A DNA stretch of 64,000 bases from an uncultured Fibrobacterota bacterium. Lineage in GTDB: Bacteria; Fibrobacterota; Chitinivibrionia; Chitinivibrionales; CAYFVL01. Numbering within the stretch: position 1 is the stretch's first letter; each line of letters opens with the position of its first letter. The DNA is taken from assembly GCA_964419255.1 (NCBI GenBank), contig CAYQOU010000010.1, positions 10,032 to 74,031 of the forward strand. Direction: 5' to 3'. The notes under the pieces were generated by a model. That model saw nothing but the letters and a program-made list of their open reading frames with translations, was not told the DNA's origin and searched no databases. The translations under genes were made by a program, and so were the position numbers. Below, piece after piece: positions 18,440 through 28,360 of this stretch.

Positions 18440-18961
18440 TTATTCAGCATAGTAGTCTATGAGTGTATGGGGATTGTATTGTCCCACTTTTTCCCTGTAA
18501 TTAAGAAAAGGTAGACCGATAATGGAAAAAACCCCAACCACCTCCCCCTTACGGCGTTGGATCATCTTTGCAACAGCTTCAATCGTTCCACCGGTGGCGA
18601 TCAGATCATCGATAATCAGCCACCGTTTGCCCTCGGGAACATCGTCGATATGCATCTCCAGTGTCGCCTCACCATATTCCAGTGCATAACTTTCCTGAAG
18701 CGTCCTACCGGGCAGCTTGCCTTTCTTCCGGGCAAGGATAAGCGGTAACTGCTTACGTATTGCAAAGGGAGATCCGAGTATGAACCCCCTGCTTTCAATG
18801 GCGATTATGCCATCGATCGATTCATTGGAGTAGATTTCCACCATCTTGTCTATTACGTATGTTAATGCCTGGGGATTGGAAAAAATGCTGCACACATCAT
18901 AAAAAAGAATGCCCGGTTTTGGAAAATCGGGTACCTTCCGTATCACCTTGTCCAGATCCAT
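18440..18961 (-). CDS. apt: Adenine phosphoribosyltransferase
   Basis: 'VPDFPKPGILFYD' and PRPP-binding loop 'LIIDDLIATGGT'. Start at Met18 of the listed ORF (MDLDKV...). Confidence 0.9.
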   Translation of the reverse strand: MDLDKVIRKVPDFPKPGILFYDVCSIFSNPQALTYVIDKMVEIYSNESIDGIIAIESRGFILGSPFAIRKQLPLILARKKGKLPGRTLQESYALEYGEATLEMHIDDVPEGKRWLIIDDLIATGGTIEAVAKMIQRRKGEVVGVFSIIGLPFLNYREKVGQYNPHTLIDYYAE

Positions 18962-19051
18962 AACTGTTCGCTCCCTTGCGAAAAGAGTCAAAAAAAGAAA
19001 AAAAACCACCATTCGTCGGTTACAAGAAACGATTTTTATTGGGTATAATAT

Positions 19052-19213
19052 ACCTAAATTGAGCAGTTCCGCGTGGACGATCCGCTCAAATCACTCACGG
19101 GCACAAAGGATTGAAGTAAATCGTGTGGAATAACCTCTGAGGGTTTTCCAGGATTGCTGAAGTCCTATGCACCAGTATGTTTGCGGAATCGCCTCGAGAG
19201 AATCGCACGATTC
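19052..19213 (+). repeat. Intergenic repeat element, copy A
   Basis: 'acctaaattgagcagttc...ccaggattgctgaagtcc...cgagagaatcgcacgattc'. Roughly three quarters of positions look identical to copy C by eye. Confidence 0.75.
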
Positions 19214-19284
19214 ACGGTATATATAATAATAAATGGGTTTTCTCCCATAATAAAGCACAGTAAATTAGTGAATCGTTTTAGCAG

Positions 19285-20226
19285 GTGTTTAAATTTATGA
19301 CAGTTTTTTGTAAACGCGGATTAGCTGTGTGGATATTCGCGATAATGACACTCTTTGTTAACTGTTCTGTTAATTCATGGGCCAAATACAAGGTCGCCGA
19401 CGCGCTGAGCAGTAACGATAATCAGGCATTTGTTACCGATGACGATCCGGAGTTGGTTGGAGAGGCAATACCCTTTACCATCAAATCGTATGAATCTCTT
19501 CTGGCCGAGATGCCCGATCACACAGGACTTCTCACGACGGTTGGTAAACTTTACGGCAATTATGCCTACGGATGGATTCAGCTGCCCGCCGACACCCTGC
19601 CCGACAGCCAGTATAAACGGCAGACTGCTATGATGAAGAGGGCAAAGAAGTTCTACCTGCGGGGACGGGAGTATATCCTGCGAGCGCTTGAAATCAATCA
19701 CCCCGGCTTTCGCTCCCTGTTGGATGAGGGAGACGTCGATTCGGCCATAGCACTAACGGAGAAAGGCGACACCACCCTTCTGTATCTTGGGGCGCTTTGC
19801 TGGTCGGGTGCATTTCTGAGTGATAAATTCGATCTTTCTATGGCCGCCACGATGGACATACCGGTGGCAATGATGAATCGCGTACTCGAATTAAACCAGC
19901 AGTATGGTGATGGCGCAGTGCACGAATTTTTTATTAATTACTATGGGTCACTTCCCGAATCCAAAGGAGGCGGTGAGAAGAAAGCGCGAGAGCATTTCGA
20001 GAAAGCGGTGTTTCTCAGTGACAGCGCCAAGGCATCACCATATGTATCCCTGGCTCTGGCGGTAAGCGTTAAAACCCAGAATGTAGAACAATTTAAGGAG
20101 CTGCTAAATAAGGCCATTGCTGTAGATACAGATAAAAACCCACACTATCGCCTGGCCAATGTTCTGACTCAACGAAAGGCTCGATGGTACCTGAATAATA
20201 TCGGTGAATTCTTTCTGATTGATTGA
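19285..20226 (+). CDS. TPR-like periplasmic protein resembling the TRAP-transporter-associated TatT family
   Basis: 313 aa with a hydrophobic N-terminus. The family assignment comes from my memory of TatT-like sequences ('...LYGNYAYGWIQ...YLRGREYILRAL...HEFFINYYGSLPES...') and is not verified. Confidence 0.45.
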   Translation: MFKFMTVFCKRGLAVWIFAIMTLFVNCSVNSWAKYKVADALSSNDNQAFVTDDDPELVGEAIPFTIKSYESLLAEMPDHTGLLTTVGKLYGNYAYGWIQLPADTLPDSQYKRQTAMMKRAKKFYLRGREYILRALEINHPGFRSLLDEGDVDSAIALTEKGDTTLLYLGALCWSGAFLSDKFDLSMAATMDIPVAMMNRVLELNQQYGDGAVHEFFINYYGSLPESKGGGEKKAREHFEKAVFLSDSAKASPYVSLALAVSVKTQNVEQFKELLNKAIAVDTDKNPHYRLANVLTQRKARWYLNNIGEFFLID

Positions 20227-20322
20227 GGATTCAACACACCGGCACTTCGCATTTTTTGGACAGTCAGCTCCAGAGGCCACCTGCGGTTTCAGATGGGACA
20301 ATGCCGGTTATTTCCTGTTTCA

Positions 20323-20769
20323 TTAAAAATCCTGCAACCGGACATCTTCGGCCAACCGATCATCGATCTCAAGTGTTCGCTGATATTGGCCAATCGAGGT
20401 AAAATGTATATAAAACGTATTTTCCGGAAGAACATCGGAAAACATATCGGCCCATTCGATCAAACAAACCCCTTCTCCTTCCATGTACTCGTCAAATCCG
20501 ATTTCTATCAGCTCATCGGGGCTCCCCAGACGATAGAAATCAAAATGATGAATCGGAAAACGAACAGTTTCATATGAGTTGACCAGCGAAAAGGAGGGAC
20601 TGCGCACACCTGCGTTTTCATCGAAAAAATGCACGAAACCACGAACAAACTCGGTTTTTCCCGCTCCAAGATCTCCAATTAGCCCAATCACATCTCCCGG
20701 CTTGCAAGCTGCGGCAATTCTGGCGGCACATTCACGAGTCTGTTCTAATGATTGTATGTGTACTTTCAT
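20323..20769 (-). CDS. tsaE: tRNA t6A37 biosynthesis ATPase TsaE
   Basis: P-loop 'GDLGAGKTEFVRG', 'SPSFSLVNSY', 'HHFDFYRL'. Its start overlaps the upstream gene's stop (ATGA at 20766-20769). Confidence 0.85.
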   Translation of the reverse strand: MKVHIQSLEQTRECAARIAAACKPGDVIGLIGDLGAGKTEFVRGFVHFFDENAGVRSPSFSLVNSYETVRFPIHHFDFYRLGSPDELIEIGFDEYMEGEGVCLIEWADMFSDVLPENTFYIHFTSIGQYQRTLEIDDRLAEDVRLQDF

Positions 20770-22310
20770 GATTTGTTCCCACATGGCCTTAACACTGCAA
20801 GCGGCACGATGGCTTCTTCCATCGAAATACCCCCATACCGCCAACCGTTCTGATTATTTCCAACGGTGTTCTCGGTTTTTTGGCTCGCAATAAAATAGTA
20901 GTTTTCTTTCAGAAAGACACAGGTCGTTTCAGGAGAAAAGGAAGGTAGCCGGAACCGGTGAGGCTCTGCCACAAAGAGAGCGTGTCTTTCATCACAGGAG
21001 ACACTTTCGCCGAAACGATATCGGTGTGGCATTTTTTCCGCTGAATCTCCATAGATTTCAGTACCCCGTGTGCAAAACACGCTACCATTACCTGCGGTAA
21101 GAATGACGGTACACTGCTGAGTATTCAGCGTCTGCAGAAGACGAAAAATGGTCGAATGGTTGAATCGATTGGCGAACATGGTGCGGGAATCCTCATCCGA
21201 TACTACAGGATGCAAGGAAAATGGTTGACTCAACGCGGTAATCTCAGACAAATTTACAAGTACCGGGATGATGCTCCCCTTTTGGAGAGCCCTGATGACA
21301 TTGTGTTCATCAAATTTCTTCTCGGTACGGAATATTGTGGTCTGTTCACCAAACCCCGCATTTCGAAGATTTTCTATCAGAAGCTTTTCCTCAATTTTTT
21401 CTTCAGTGACGATCTCAGGATTATCCGCTCGCCAGAAGCCAGAATAGTTATTTTCGATATCCATCGGGTAAAGGCCGGAAAGCAAGGAATACCGGGTAAA
21501 CGCTGGTGATGTGGGCAGAATGGAATAGGAGTGCATTCGGGTGATTTCGAAATATTTCCTGAGTATATGTTCGACTATCATGTATTGATCCAGTCGCATA
21601 CAATCAAAAACGACCAAAACTATTTTTTCACCTTCTTGCGCTCTAGGGAAAACAGCGGTTTTGAGCACATCGGGAGTCAAAAGCGGCGCATCACTGGCTC
21701 CGTGTATCCATCGCAGATAATTTTCCGAATAAAAACCCGAAAAAATCGCGTTTGCATCCGATTTCTGTCCTGCATGAATCTGACGTATACTCTCATTTTG
21801 GACATTTTTCAGCTGAAAATCCCACCGCGTCAGCTCCTCATACACTCCCGCCCACTCGCCGGTGGTAAGTGGTTTCTGCAAAACGGTACGAATTTGGGAA
21901 TAATCGCGCATAAAATTCTGGGATGCCCGGGAAGAAACCGCATGCCTGGTAGGAAGCAGCTTTTTGCATACCGCCAGAAAAGGGGCAGCTGTAACCGGCT
22001 TGTCCAAATATCCGTCGATCAGAGCTTTAAAGGTTTTTTCCAACTGCTGCTCTTCCATCCTTGCCACTAACACTACCGGTAGATCCCGATTGTGAAGTTT
22101 TATTTCCTCGGCTGTTTTCAGGCTGTCTTTATCGGACATTTGTTTATCGAGCAATACAAGATCATAATCCTGTCTCTTGTCTTTGAGCATCTCGAGAGCT
22201 TCATCACTGGTGGTTACAGGAGTAATGCTGAAGCCGCGCGTTTCCAGAAACATGATAAGCGAACGCTGGTATTCGATTTGATTATCTATCCACAACACAC
22301 TTTTACGCAT
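20766..22310 (-). CDS. Response regulator receiver fused to a PglZ/alkaline-phosphatase-like domain (PorX-like architecture)
   Basis: 514 aa. CheY-like N-terminus ('VLWIDNQ...DLVLLDKQMSD...YLDKP'), then a ~390-aa region with 'VLVVFDCMRLDQY' and C-terminal 'WRYGGISMEEAIVPL', typical of PglZ. Confidence 0.6.
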   Translation of the reverse strand: MRKSVLWIDNQIEYQRSLIMFLETRGFSITPVTTSDEALEMLKDKRQDYDLVLLDKQMSDKDSLKTAEEIKLHNRDLPVVLVARMEEQQLEKTFKALIDGYLDKPVTAAPFLAVCKKLLPTRHAVSSRASQNFMRDYSQIRTVLQKPLTTGEWAGVYEELTRWDFQLKNVQNESIRQIHAGQKSDANAIFSGFYSENYLRWIHGASDAPLLTPDVLKTAVFPRAQEGEKIVLVVFDCMRLDQYMIVEHILRKYFEITRMHSYSILPTSPAFTRYSLLSGLYPMDIENNYSGFWRADNPEIVTEEKIEEKLLIENLRNAGFGEQTTIFRTEKKFDEHNVIRALQKGSIIPVLVNLSEITALSQPFSLHPVVSDEDSRTMFANRFNHSTIFRLLQTLNTQQCTVILTAGNGSVFCTRGTEIYGDSAEKMPHRYRFGESVSCDERHALFVAEPHRFRLPSFSPETTCVFLKENYYFIASQKTENTVGNNQNGWRYGGISMEEAIVPLAVLRPCGNKS

Positions 22311-22793
22311 TACCAGGCCCCTTTACATACCAATCTAAGGTTTTTCCGCAGATCAGTTCCTTTGCCCACTGCACCGGAGGAATCCCCACGTGATTAAAAC
22401 GTATTTGCATATTCATTTCCCTATACTGTATACATTTTTTGATTGATGACACCTAAATTGTGCCAATCGCCGCAAGAGAATCGTATAATCTAGGTGGATA
22501 TAAATATACGTAGTATCTGTTCAGAATAATCACAATACCGTGTCATTCCACCCTCGGCGGAAGCTTGCCTCCTGTTTTGCTGAAACTTCAGAGGACTTTA
22601 TGTACGGAGAGAGGAGTATGGTATGACATCCGCGAAGTACTTTTCTGAATAGAAACCACCTAAGTCTCAGAGAGTCGGGGATTTTGCCCCGCCCGTTCAA
22701 TTAAGTATATTTGTTTCACCGTAAATATATAGTGTATGATAATTTTCGCCTTGGTACACCACTTTTCTTCCGCGGTAAGATTACCGTTTTCTG

Positions 22794-23912
22794 TTGATTG
22801 TGAAAACACCTGTCATTCTTGAACAAGCAGCTGCATTTACCACCTTCGGCAATATAGATAAGACGGTTACCTGTCTGCTTGAAGGAAGAAGCGGGTTGGT
22901 GCCCGGACCGTTTTTCGGTGTATCCTCCGCCTGCGCTCCCTTCTCTGATGAGGCGCTACGGGATATCCGTCATGCCTGCCACGATCTGACAGGACAGTTG
23001 GATATGTCATGCTTTGGTAAAAAAAATGATCGGACACCGTTTCTTTTTTGCGCGGCCAAAGGCGATCTGAGCTTTTTCAATACCGGGAACTCTTCTAAAC
23101 TACTTCAGCAAATATCACCGTTTCTTCATGCCCAGGCAGAAGAAGTATGTGCTGTAACCGGCATTCGCCCAACCAGGTGCTTGACAATTTCCAACGCCTG
23201 TGCATCGGGAGCAATAGCCCTGGAGGTGGCTACTGAGCTTTTAGAGGTGGGACAGGCAGACCGGGTCATATTGTTCGGTTTCGATTGCATCAGCAAGTTC
23301 GTTCTTACCGGTTTTGATGCCCTGCAGGCTCTCTCATCAACCGGTGCGCGTCCCTTCGATGCCTCCCGCGATGGGCTTTCATTAGGGGACAGCGCGGTAT
23401 TTGCAATTCTCAGCAGAAGGACTCCACGCAAAGGAGATATACTTATTGCCGGAACAGGTTCCTCGAATGACGCTAATCACCGTACAGGCCCGTCTCGTAC
23501 CGGCGATGGACTGCATGCCGCGGCGGCTACGGCGATGAGAGGAGCGCAGTTAAAAAATCACCAGATCGGTTTTGTGAAATGTCATGGAACGGCAACGATG
23601 TATAATGATGCCATGGAGGCCAAGGCGATATACCGTATGTTTGGTGATGCATGTCCGCCATGCGTGTCTTTTAAAGGAGCAATAGGACATACCAGTGGTG
23701 CAGGATCTCTACTTGAAGTGGTCCTTGCGGCGGAGATAATCAGACGAAGAAAGGTTCCCCCGACCGCACATTACAGCAGCCACGGCGTGGAAGAGCCAAT
23801 AGCAGTCTCTTCCCTGCCCAGGGAGTTGGAAATTCCCTCGGCACTCTGCCTTTCGGCAGGTTTCGGCGGCATGAACGCTGCGGTGGTCATACGGGAGTAC
23901 ACTCATGAATAG
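22794..23912 (+). CDS. Beta-ketoacyl-ACP synthase (KS, Cys-His-His type), cluster gene A
   Basis: 372 aa with a TTG start. 'ISNACASGAIAL' (Cys), 'CHGTATMYND' (His), 'GHTSGAGS' (His), 'GFGGMNAAVVI'. Confidence 0.8.
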   Translation: MIVKTPVILEQAAAFTTFGNIDKTVTCLLEGRSGLVPGPFFGVSSACAPFSDEALRDIRHACHDLTGQLDMSCFGKKNDRTPFLFCAAKGDLSFFNTGNSSKLLQQISPFLHAQAEEVCAVTGIRPTRCLTISNACASGAIALEVATELLEVGQADRVILFGFDCISKFVLTGFDALQALSSTGARPFDASRDGLSLGDSAVFAILSRRTPRKGDILIAGTGSSNDANHRTGPSRTGDGLHAAAATAMRGAQLKNHQIGFVKCHGTATMYNDAMEAKAIYRMFGDACPPCVSFKGAIGHTSGAGSLLEVVLAAEIIRRRKVPPTAHYSSHGVEEPIAVSSLPRELEIPSALCLSAGFGGMNAAVVIREYTHE

Positions 23913-24687
23913 GCACGTATACGTCCATAGCTTCGCCGAGATAAGTCAACGGGGAATTATCAGCCCCACAAAGAAACTTTCATGGGATGCAGACCAGCAA
24001 GATGTGTTTTCCATCAAACGCGAACAGGTCCTGGAGAAGCCTTTTCCCGTATTTGGGAAACTGCAGCCGCCGGAAAAGCTTTCCTTCAGCCTGGCGGCGT
24101 TAATGCTTTCGGGTGACAATACTCAGCACGACGAAAACACCGGTATCTGTCTTGCATCTACGTTTGGTTCCTTCTCTACTGACTGTAAATACATGGAAAC
24201 TGTTTCAAGCGGCTTTGCCAGTCCGGCATATTTTTCCGCTACTCTTCCTTCATCACCGGTTGCGGAGGTTGCTATCAGTTTCAAACTTAAAGGCCCTGAC
24301 AGGGTGATTGCCGGCGGAAACAATCCTGGAATAGATGCTCTTGATTTGGGTATCAATGCACTTTTATGCGGGAAAACATCCCGTATGATGATACTCATCG
24401 TAAACGCCATCGATCCGAAAGATATTTGGTCGTTAAGCAGTTACGATAAGAAACGCTCTCTACCATGCGGATTTGGACTCCTGCTTGGCAGCCATACGCC
24501 GGATTCAGCACCGGTGGCAACCCTGCGATTAGAGGGAACGTTTATGAAGACAGATTCGGACATTCCACCTGGAGAAACTTATTTTACCGAAATAATTTCG
24601 GCCCTGTATTCAAATCGTTCGGAAACGATCAGTATTCGTACTCCCGATTATTCAGGAAATGCATTTGTCACCAAGGAAATGAAATGA
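23905..24687 (+). CDS. Short KS-N-terminal-like protein without the catalytic Cys (CLF-like partner), cluster gene B
   Basis: 260 aa. '...AISFKLKGPDRVIAGGNNPGIDAL' places Asn at the position aligned to the KS active-site Cys (8th residue after GP). It overlaps gene A by 8 nt. Confidence 0.6.
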   Translation: MNRHVYVHSFAEISQRGIISPTKKLSWDADQQDVFSIKREQVLEKPFPVFGKLQPPEKLSFSLAALMLSGDNTQHDENTGICLASTFGSFSTDCKYMETVSSGFASPAYFSATLPSSPVAEVAISFKLKGPDRVIAGGNNPGIDALDLGINALLCGKTSRMMILIVNAIDPKDIWSLSSYDKKRSLPCGFGLLLGSHTPDSAPVATLRLEGTFMKTDSDIPPGETYFTEIISALYSNRSETISIRTPDYSGNAFVTKEMK

Positions 24688-24944
24688 ATGAAAAGCTGTT
24701 GGAGAATTTGAAAAAGCAGATTATAGAAACATTGAATCTCAACGACGTGAGTCCGGAAGATATCGATTCAGATGCCCCCCTTATCGGTGGCGATCTGGGT
24801 ATCGACTCGATTGATACGCTGGAGTTGCTGGTGCTTCTTGAACGGGAATACGGTGTCACTGTTCCCGATGTGAATGTTGGACGCGAGGTGTTTTCTTCTG
24901 TTCGCAATCTTGCCAAATACATCGCGGAAAACAAAGCTGACTGA
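24684..24944 (+). CDS. Acyl carrier protein
   Basis: 86 aa. 'LIGGDLGIDSIDTLELLVLLEREYG' carries the phosphopantetheine Ser in the DS motif. Its ATG overlaps the previous stop (ATGA). It is hidden inside the listed ORF 24465-24944. Confidence 0.8.
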   Translation: MNEKLLENLKKQIIETLNLNDVSPEDIDSDAPLIGGDLGIDSIDTLELLVLLEREYGVTVPDVNVGREVFSSVRNLAKYIAENKAD

Positions 24945-24945
24945 T

Positions 24946-26133
24946 ATGACTGCGATGCCGATAACAGGTTTAGGGGCAGTCTGCGCGGCTGGTGATTCAG
25001 TCGAATCATCCATGCCCGCCATTATTCGTGGTGAGGACGGCCTCACCCCCCTTCGCCTTTTTGACAGCGGACTGAAACAGGTACCGTTGTGCGGACAGGT
25101 TGAGGATTCTGAAACCTGCCGCAGATTTACCAAACACACCAACCGCACGACAGCTTTCGGTGTGATGGCCGCAGAGCAGGCTCTGAAGTCGTTTGCCGAT
25201 CGAAGCGGATTACGTCTGGGGTTAGTTTTGGCAACCACTGTTGCCGGCATGCGGCGATCGGAGCGATTTCTAAACGCTTACCGAAAGGATCCTCAACGGA
25301 TATTTCAGGCCGGCGTCGATCTTTCAGAACACGAGCCGACAGTGGTCTCCGGTACGATCGCCCGTCATTTCAAGGCTGAGGGATTTCATACAATATCAAC
25401 AGCCTGTTCCACTGGACTTCATGCGATTGGTATGGCCAAGCGCCTCCTGGAACAAAACCACTACGATCTGTGCCTGGCGGTGGGCACCGATGCTCTGTCG
25501 CTTCTCACGGTAAGAGGATTCGCCAGTTTGATGCTTATAGACTTTGACGGTTGCAAACCCTTTGATAAAAAGAGAGTAGGCATTAGTCTGGGAGAAGGCG
25601 CGGGAGCTGTTTTGATGGCCAGACCGGAGGTTGTAAAAACATACCGGATTCCGGTTCATGCCTATGTGAGCGGCTGGGGAGCGTCGGCAGATTGTTACCA
25701 CATGACCGCCCCTCATCCGCAAGGCAATGGGGCAAGAAAAGCGGTGATGAGGGCTCTTGAAGAGTCGAAACTTTCACCTGACGACATCGACTTTATTGCG
25801 GCACACGGTACTGCGACTCCAGATAATGACAGTGCGGAGATTCAGGCGATGAAAACTCTGTTTGCCTCCCTCCCCCCGTTTTGCTCCCTGAAACGGACAT
25901 TAGGACACACTCTTGCTGCATCTGGCATTTTGGAAGCGGTTTTTGCGATTCGAGCAATGGAGCATGGGATAGTACCGCCAACCGCAGGATTTATGCACAC
26001 AGATGATAATATCGGAGCTGAGCCTTCCCCCGGTGAAAAGAAGGATATCAATAACCTTTTAAAGAATTCGTTTGGATTTGGCGGCAATAATGCTGCTGTC
26101 ATTTTTTCACGTCGCGCCTCAAACCAAGAGTAG
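24946..26133 (+). CDS. Beta-ketoacyl-ACP synthase II-like (KS), cluster gene D
   Basis: 395 aa from Met25 of the listed ORF. 'ISTACSTGLHAIG', 'ADCYHMTAP', 'AHGTATPDND', 'LGHTLAASG', 'NSFGFGGNNAAVIF'. Confidence 0.85.
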   Translation: MTAMPITGLGAVCAAGDSVESSMPAIIRGEDGLTPLRLFDSGLKQVPLCGQVEDSETCRRFTKHTNRTTAFGVMAAEQALKSFADRSGLRLGLVLATTVAGMRRSERFLNAYRKDPQRIFQAGVDLSEHEPTVVSGTIARHFKAEGFHTISTACSTGLHAIGMAKRLLEQNHYDLCLAVGTDALSLLTVRGFASLMLIDFDGCKPFDKKRVGISLGEGAGAVLMARPEVVKTYRIPVHAYVSGWGASADCYHMTAPHPQGNGARKAVMRALEESKLSPDDIDFIAAHGTATPDNDSAEIQAMKTLFASLPPFCSLKRTLGHTLAASGILEAVFAIRAMEHGIVPPTAGFMHTDDNIGAEPSPGEKKDINNLLKNSFGFGGNNAAVIFSRRASNQE

Positions 26134-26942
26134 TGAGAATGTATCTGCCGATTATCTCAACGTACATGCTTGAGCCGGACTCACATCAAGAGTGGGAGAA
26201 ACAAATTCCCGCATCCATGAAACGTCGTGATCCCAGGATCTGGCAAATGGCATGGTTTGCGGCGCAAGAGGCGATAGAAAAGGCCGGTTGTCAGCCACGC
26301 TCAGTCATCGTAGCAACCGCATTGGGTGCTTTAGATGAGACATGCCGTTATCTGGACAATGTATTTGCAACGGGTTTTGGGTCCCCGAAAAATTTCATCG
26401 CATCCGTTCATAACAGCATGGCGGGTAAGCTTGCCATGGCATTTTCAGTACAAGGACCGAATCTAACCATGTGCGAGGGGCAAAACTCCTTTGCCTCCGC
26501 CTTGATTGCCGCTTCACTGCTTACACCGCACGACTTTCCGACATTGTTGCTAAGCGTGGATGAGAATATTGGCATTCTCCAGGATGTGCACCCACATCTG
26601 TCTGACGATTGCCGGCCATGGTTATCTGAAGGGTGGCAGGATTGTGCAATCGCATTCGTGCTTGGGGCTGCCGATGATCAGGTGGCAAAGCCTGCCCTGT
26701 CGGCTGCGGGAATATGTCCGGTGGATAGGACAACGCCCCCACAGGAGGCCTGCATTTCGCTGGTGCAGAACAGGGGCTGGCAAACCGATCGGTTGCTGCC
26801 GCTATCTGAAACAAGTGTCAGCTTTATCTCCCCGGCAAAGTGTGCGTATTCAAAATTTATGGAGAAAATATCGGGGACCACCCTTATTGGCTCCTATTCG
26901 CCATCTTCATCTGGAGCAGCAGTTACAGCATTATGTCAGTGA
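26133..26942 (+). CDS. Short KS-N-terminal-like protein with Gln at the active-site position (CLF/KSQ-like), cluster gene E
   Basis: 269 aa. 'FSVQGPNLTMCEGQNSFASAL' places Gln at the position aligned to the KS active-site Cys. Confidence 0.6.
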   Translation: MRMYLPIISTYMLEPDSHQEWEKQIPASMKRRDPRIWQMAWFAAQEAIEKAGCQPRSVIVATALGALDETCRYLDNVFATGFGSPKNFIASVHNSMAGKLAMAFSVQGPNLTMCEGQNSFASALIAASLLTPHDFPTLLLSVDENIGILQDVHPHLSDDCRPWLSEGWQDCAIAFVLGAADDQVAKPALSAAGICPVDRTTPPQEACISLVQNRGWQTDRLLPLSETSVSFISPAKCAYSKFMEKISGTTLIGSYSPSSSGAAVTALCQ

Positions 26943-27733
26943 CTCCTTTTCACCTGTGGATTGTATCAGCCGCCCTCTCCTGTCTGGTAAGAGGTAAAAG
27001 CAGGTCCAGCCGATACGCAAGCAACCTGCTTCTCGCGGCTCATACCGCTGCATTTGTGCGCGGAATTTTCGATATGAGGAGTCAGTTTTTTTGCCCGGTA
27101 CTCTGGCGGGGAAATCCGAATAGCAACAGTATCGCACTTACATTCGATGACGGCCCCGATCCGATGGTGACTGAAAATGTATTGGATTTACTGGCAACCT
27201 ACAGGTTAAAGGCCACCTTTTTCGTTATTTCCGCCAGAGCACGGCGACATCCCCTGCTTCTGACCAAAACGATTCAGGCTGGGCATACGATCGGCTGTCA
27301 TGACCTGACACACGCGCCCACATCCAATTTCCGGCGACGTGCACAACTGGTACGAGACATCTCGGAGGCAAGAAATATCATTTATGATATCACCGGGTTT
27401 ACCCCCCGACTCTATCGGCCGCCTGTCGGGTTAATGAACCCTCATATACAACCTGCTCTTACCCAGCTTGACATGGATTGTATCGGGTGGAGCAGATCGA
27501 CACGGGAGGCCGGTAATCGCAGACTAAAGAAAATTTTGAAACTTGATACCCTGGCAGGTCCGGGGGAAATTGTTCTTCTACACGATTCAATGCCAAAAAT
27601 TGCTTACAGGGAAGTATTCCTTGAAAAATTAGAAAAGCTCTTCGCCTCAATACAGAAGAAGAATTTGCGCGCAGTTGCGGTTAATACGCTTCTGAATATT
27701 CCGGCGTACTCCATGAGATTTGATGACTTTTAA
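26933..27733 (+). CDS. Membrane-anchored polysaccharide deacetylase (NodB homology domain), cluster gene F
   Basis: NodB motifs are intact: 'LTFDDGPDP', 'GCHDLTHAP', 'LYRPPVGL'. The N-terminal segments are hydrophobic. Start at Met32 of the listed ORF, with a 10-nt overlap with gene E. Confidence 0.8.
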   Translation: MSVTPFHLWIVSAALSCLVRGKSRSSRYASNLLLAAHTAAFVRGIFDMRSQFFCPVLWRGNPNSNSIALTFDDGPDPMVTENVLDLLATYRLKATFFVISARARRHPLLLTKTIQAGHTIGCHDLTHAPTSNFRRRAQLVRDISEARNIIYDITGFTPRLYRPPVGLMNPHIQPALTQLDMDCIGWSRSTREAGNRRLKKILKLDTLAGPGEIVLLHDSMPKIAYREVFLEKLEKLFASIQKKNLRAVAVNTLLNIPAYSMRFDDF

Positions 27734-27747
27734 CAGGATTGATAATC

Positions 27748-28356
27748 ATGCTTCGTTTTACCCTCCTCTTGATGCTCTCTATCAGTGCAGTTGCTCAGAC
27801 TGCTGAGGTCAGTGACAGTTTGCTGCAGTTCATTGCGGGCAAGCTCAAACAAAATCGTCACTTCACCGCCCCATTTACTCAGAAACGATATATGGCAATG
27901 TTTGAGAAGCCTTTAATATCCGAAGGTACAATAAATTACTTATATCCTGACAATATTCGCATCGAGTATGTCACTCCTTTTGAATCGGTCATTCTTTTAA
28001 CGGAGAATAGTATCAACAGGTATCGGATAGAAAATGGTAAATACATCAAGCAACCATCTCTTGAGATAGTAGCAAAAGCAATCACCAAAGAGATTATCAG
28101 ATACGTTTCCGGTGAGTTTATTTCAAATGGCCCCTATCGCATTACCTCCGCCTCCGGAGCCGAAAGACATTTTATTCTTACACCTACCAATGCCGCAGTA
28201 AAGGCTATATTCGACCGTATCGAGCTGTTCTTCCCTGCGGATCCGACTTATGTTCAGAAGGTAAAACTGGTGGAAACAAGCAATGATTCAATAGTTATCG
28301 AACATGAACCGCCCTCTTTTGAACCGGTGCCCGATTCGGTTTTTTCTATCAGGTAG
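27748..28356 (+). CDS. LolA-like outer-membrane lipoprotein carrier family protein, cluster gene G
   Basis: Signal peptide 'MLRFTLLLMLSISAVAQT'. 'FTAPFTQKRYMAMFEKPLISEGTINYLYPDNIRIEYVTPFESVILL' follows the LolA-like pattern. Confidence 0.6.
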   Translation: MLRFTLLLMLSISAVAQTAEVSDSLLQFIAGKLKQNRHFTAPFTQKRYMAMFEKPLISEGTINYLYPDNIRIEYVTPFESVILLTENSINRYRIENGKYIKQPSLEIVAKAITKEIIRYVSGEFISNGPYRITSASGAERHFILTPTNAAVKAIFDRIELFFPADPTYVQKVKLVETSNDSIVIEHEPPSFEPVPDSVFSIR

Positions 28357-28360
28357 CATA

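Noticed and set aside
22623-22652. 9-codon mini-ORF (MTSAKYFSE) with an AGGAG RBS in the 483-bp gap upstream of the KS operon
   Set aside because: It is too short to support without conservation or ribosome-profiling data. The same applies to the 13-codon ORF MSDNRMILVVSFV at 62500-62541 between nifB and the ferredoxin gene.
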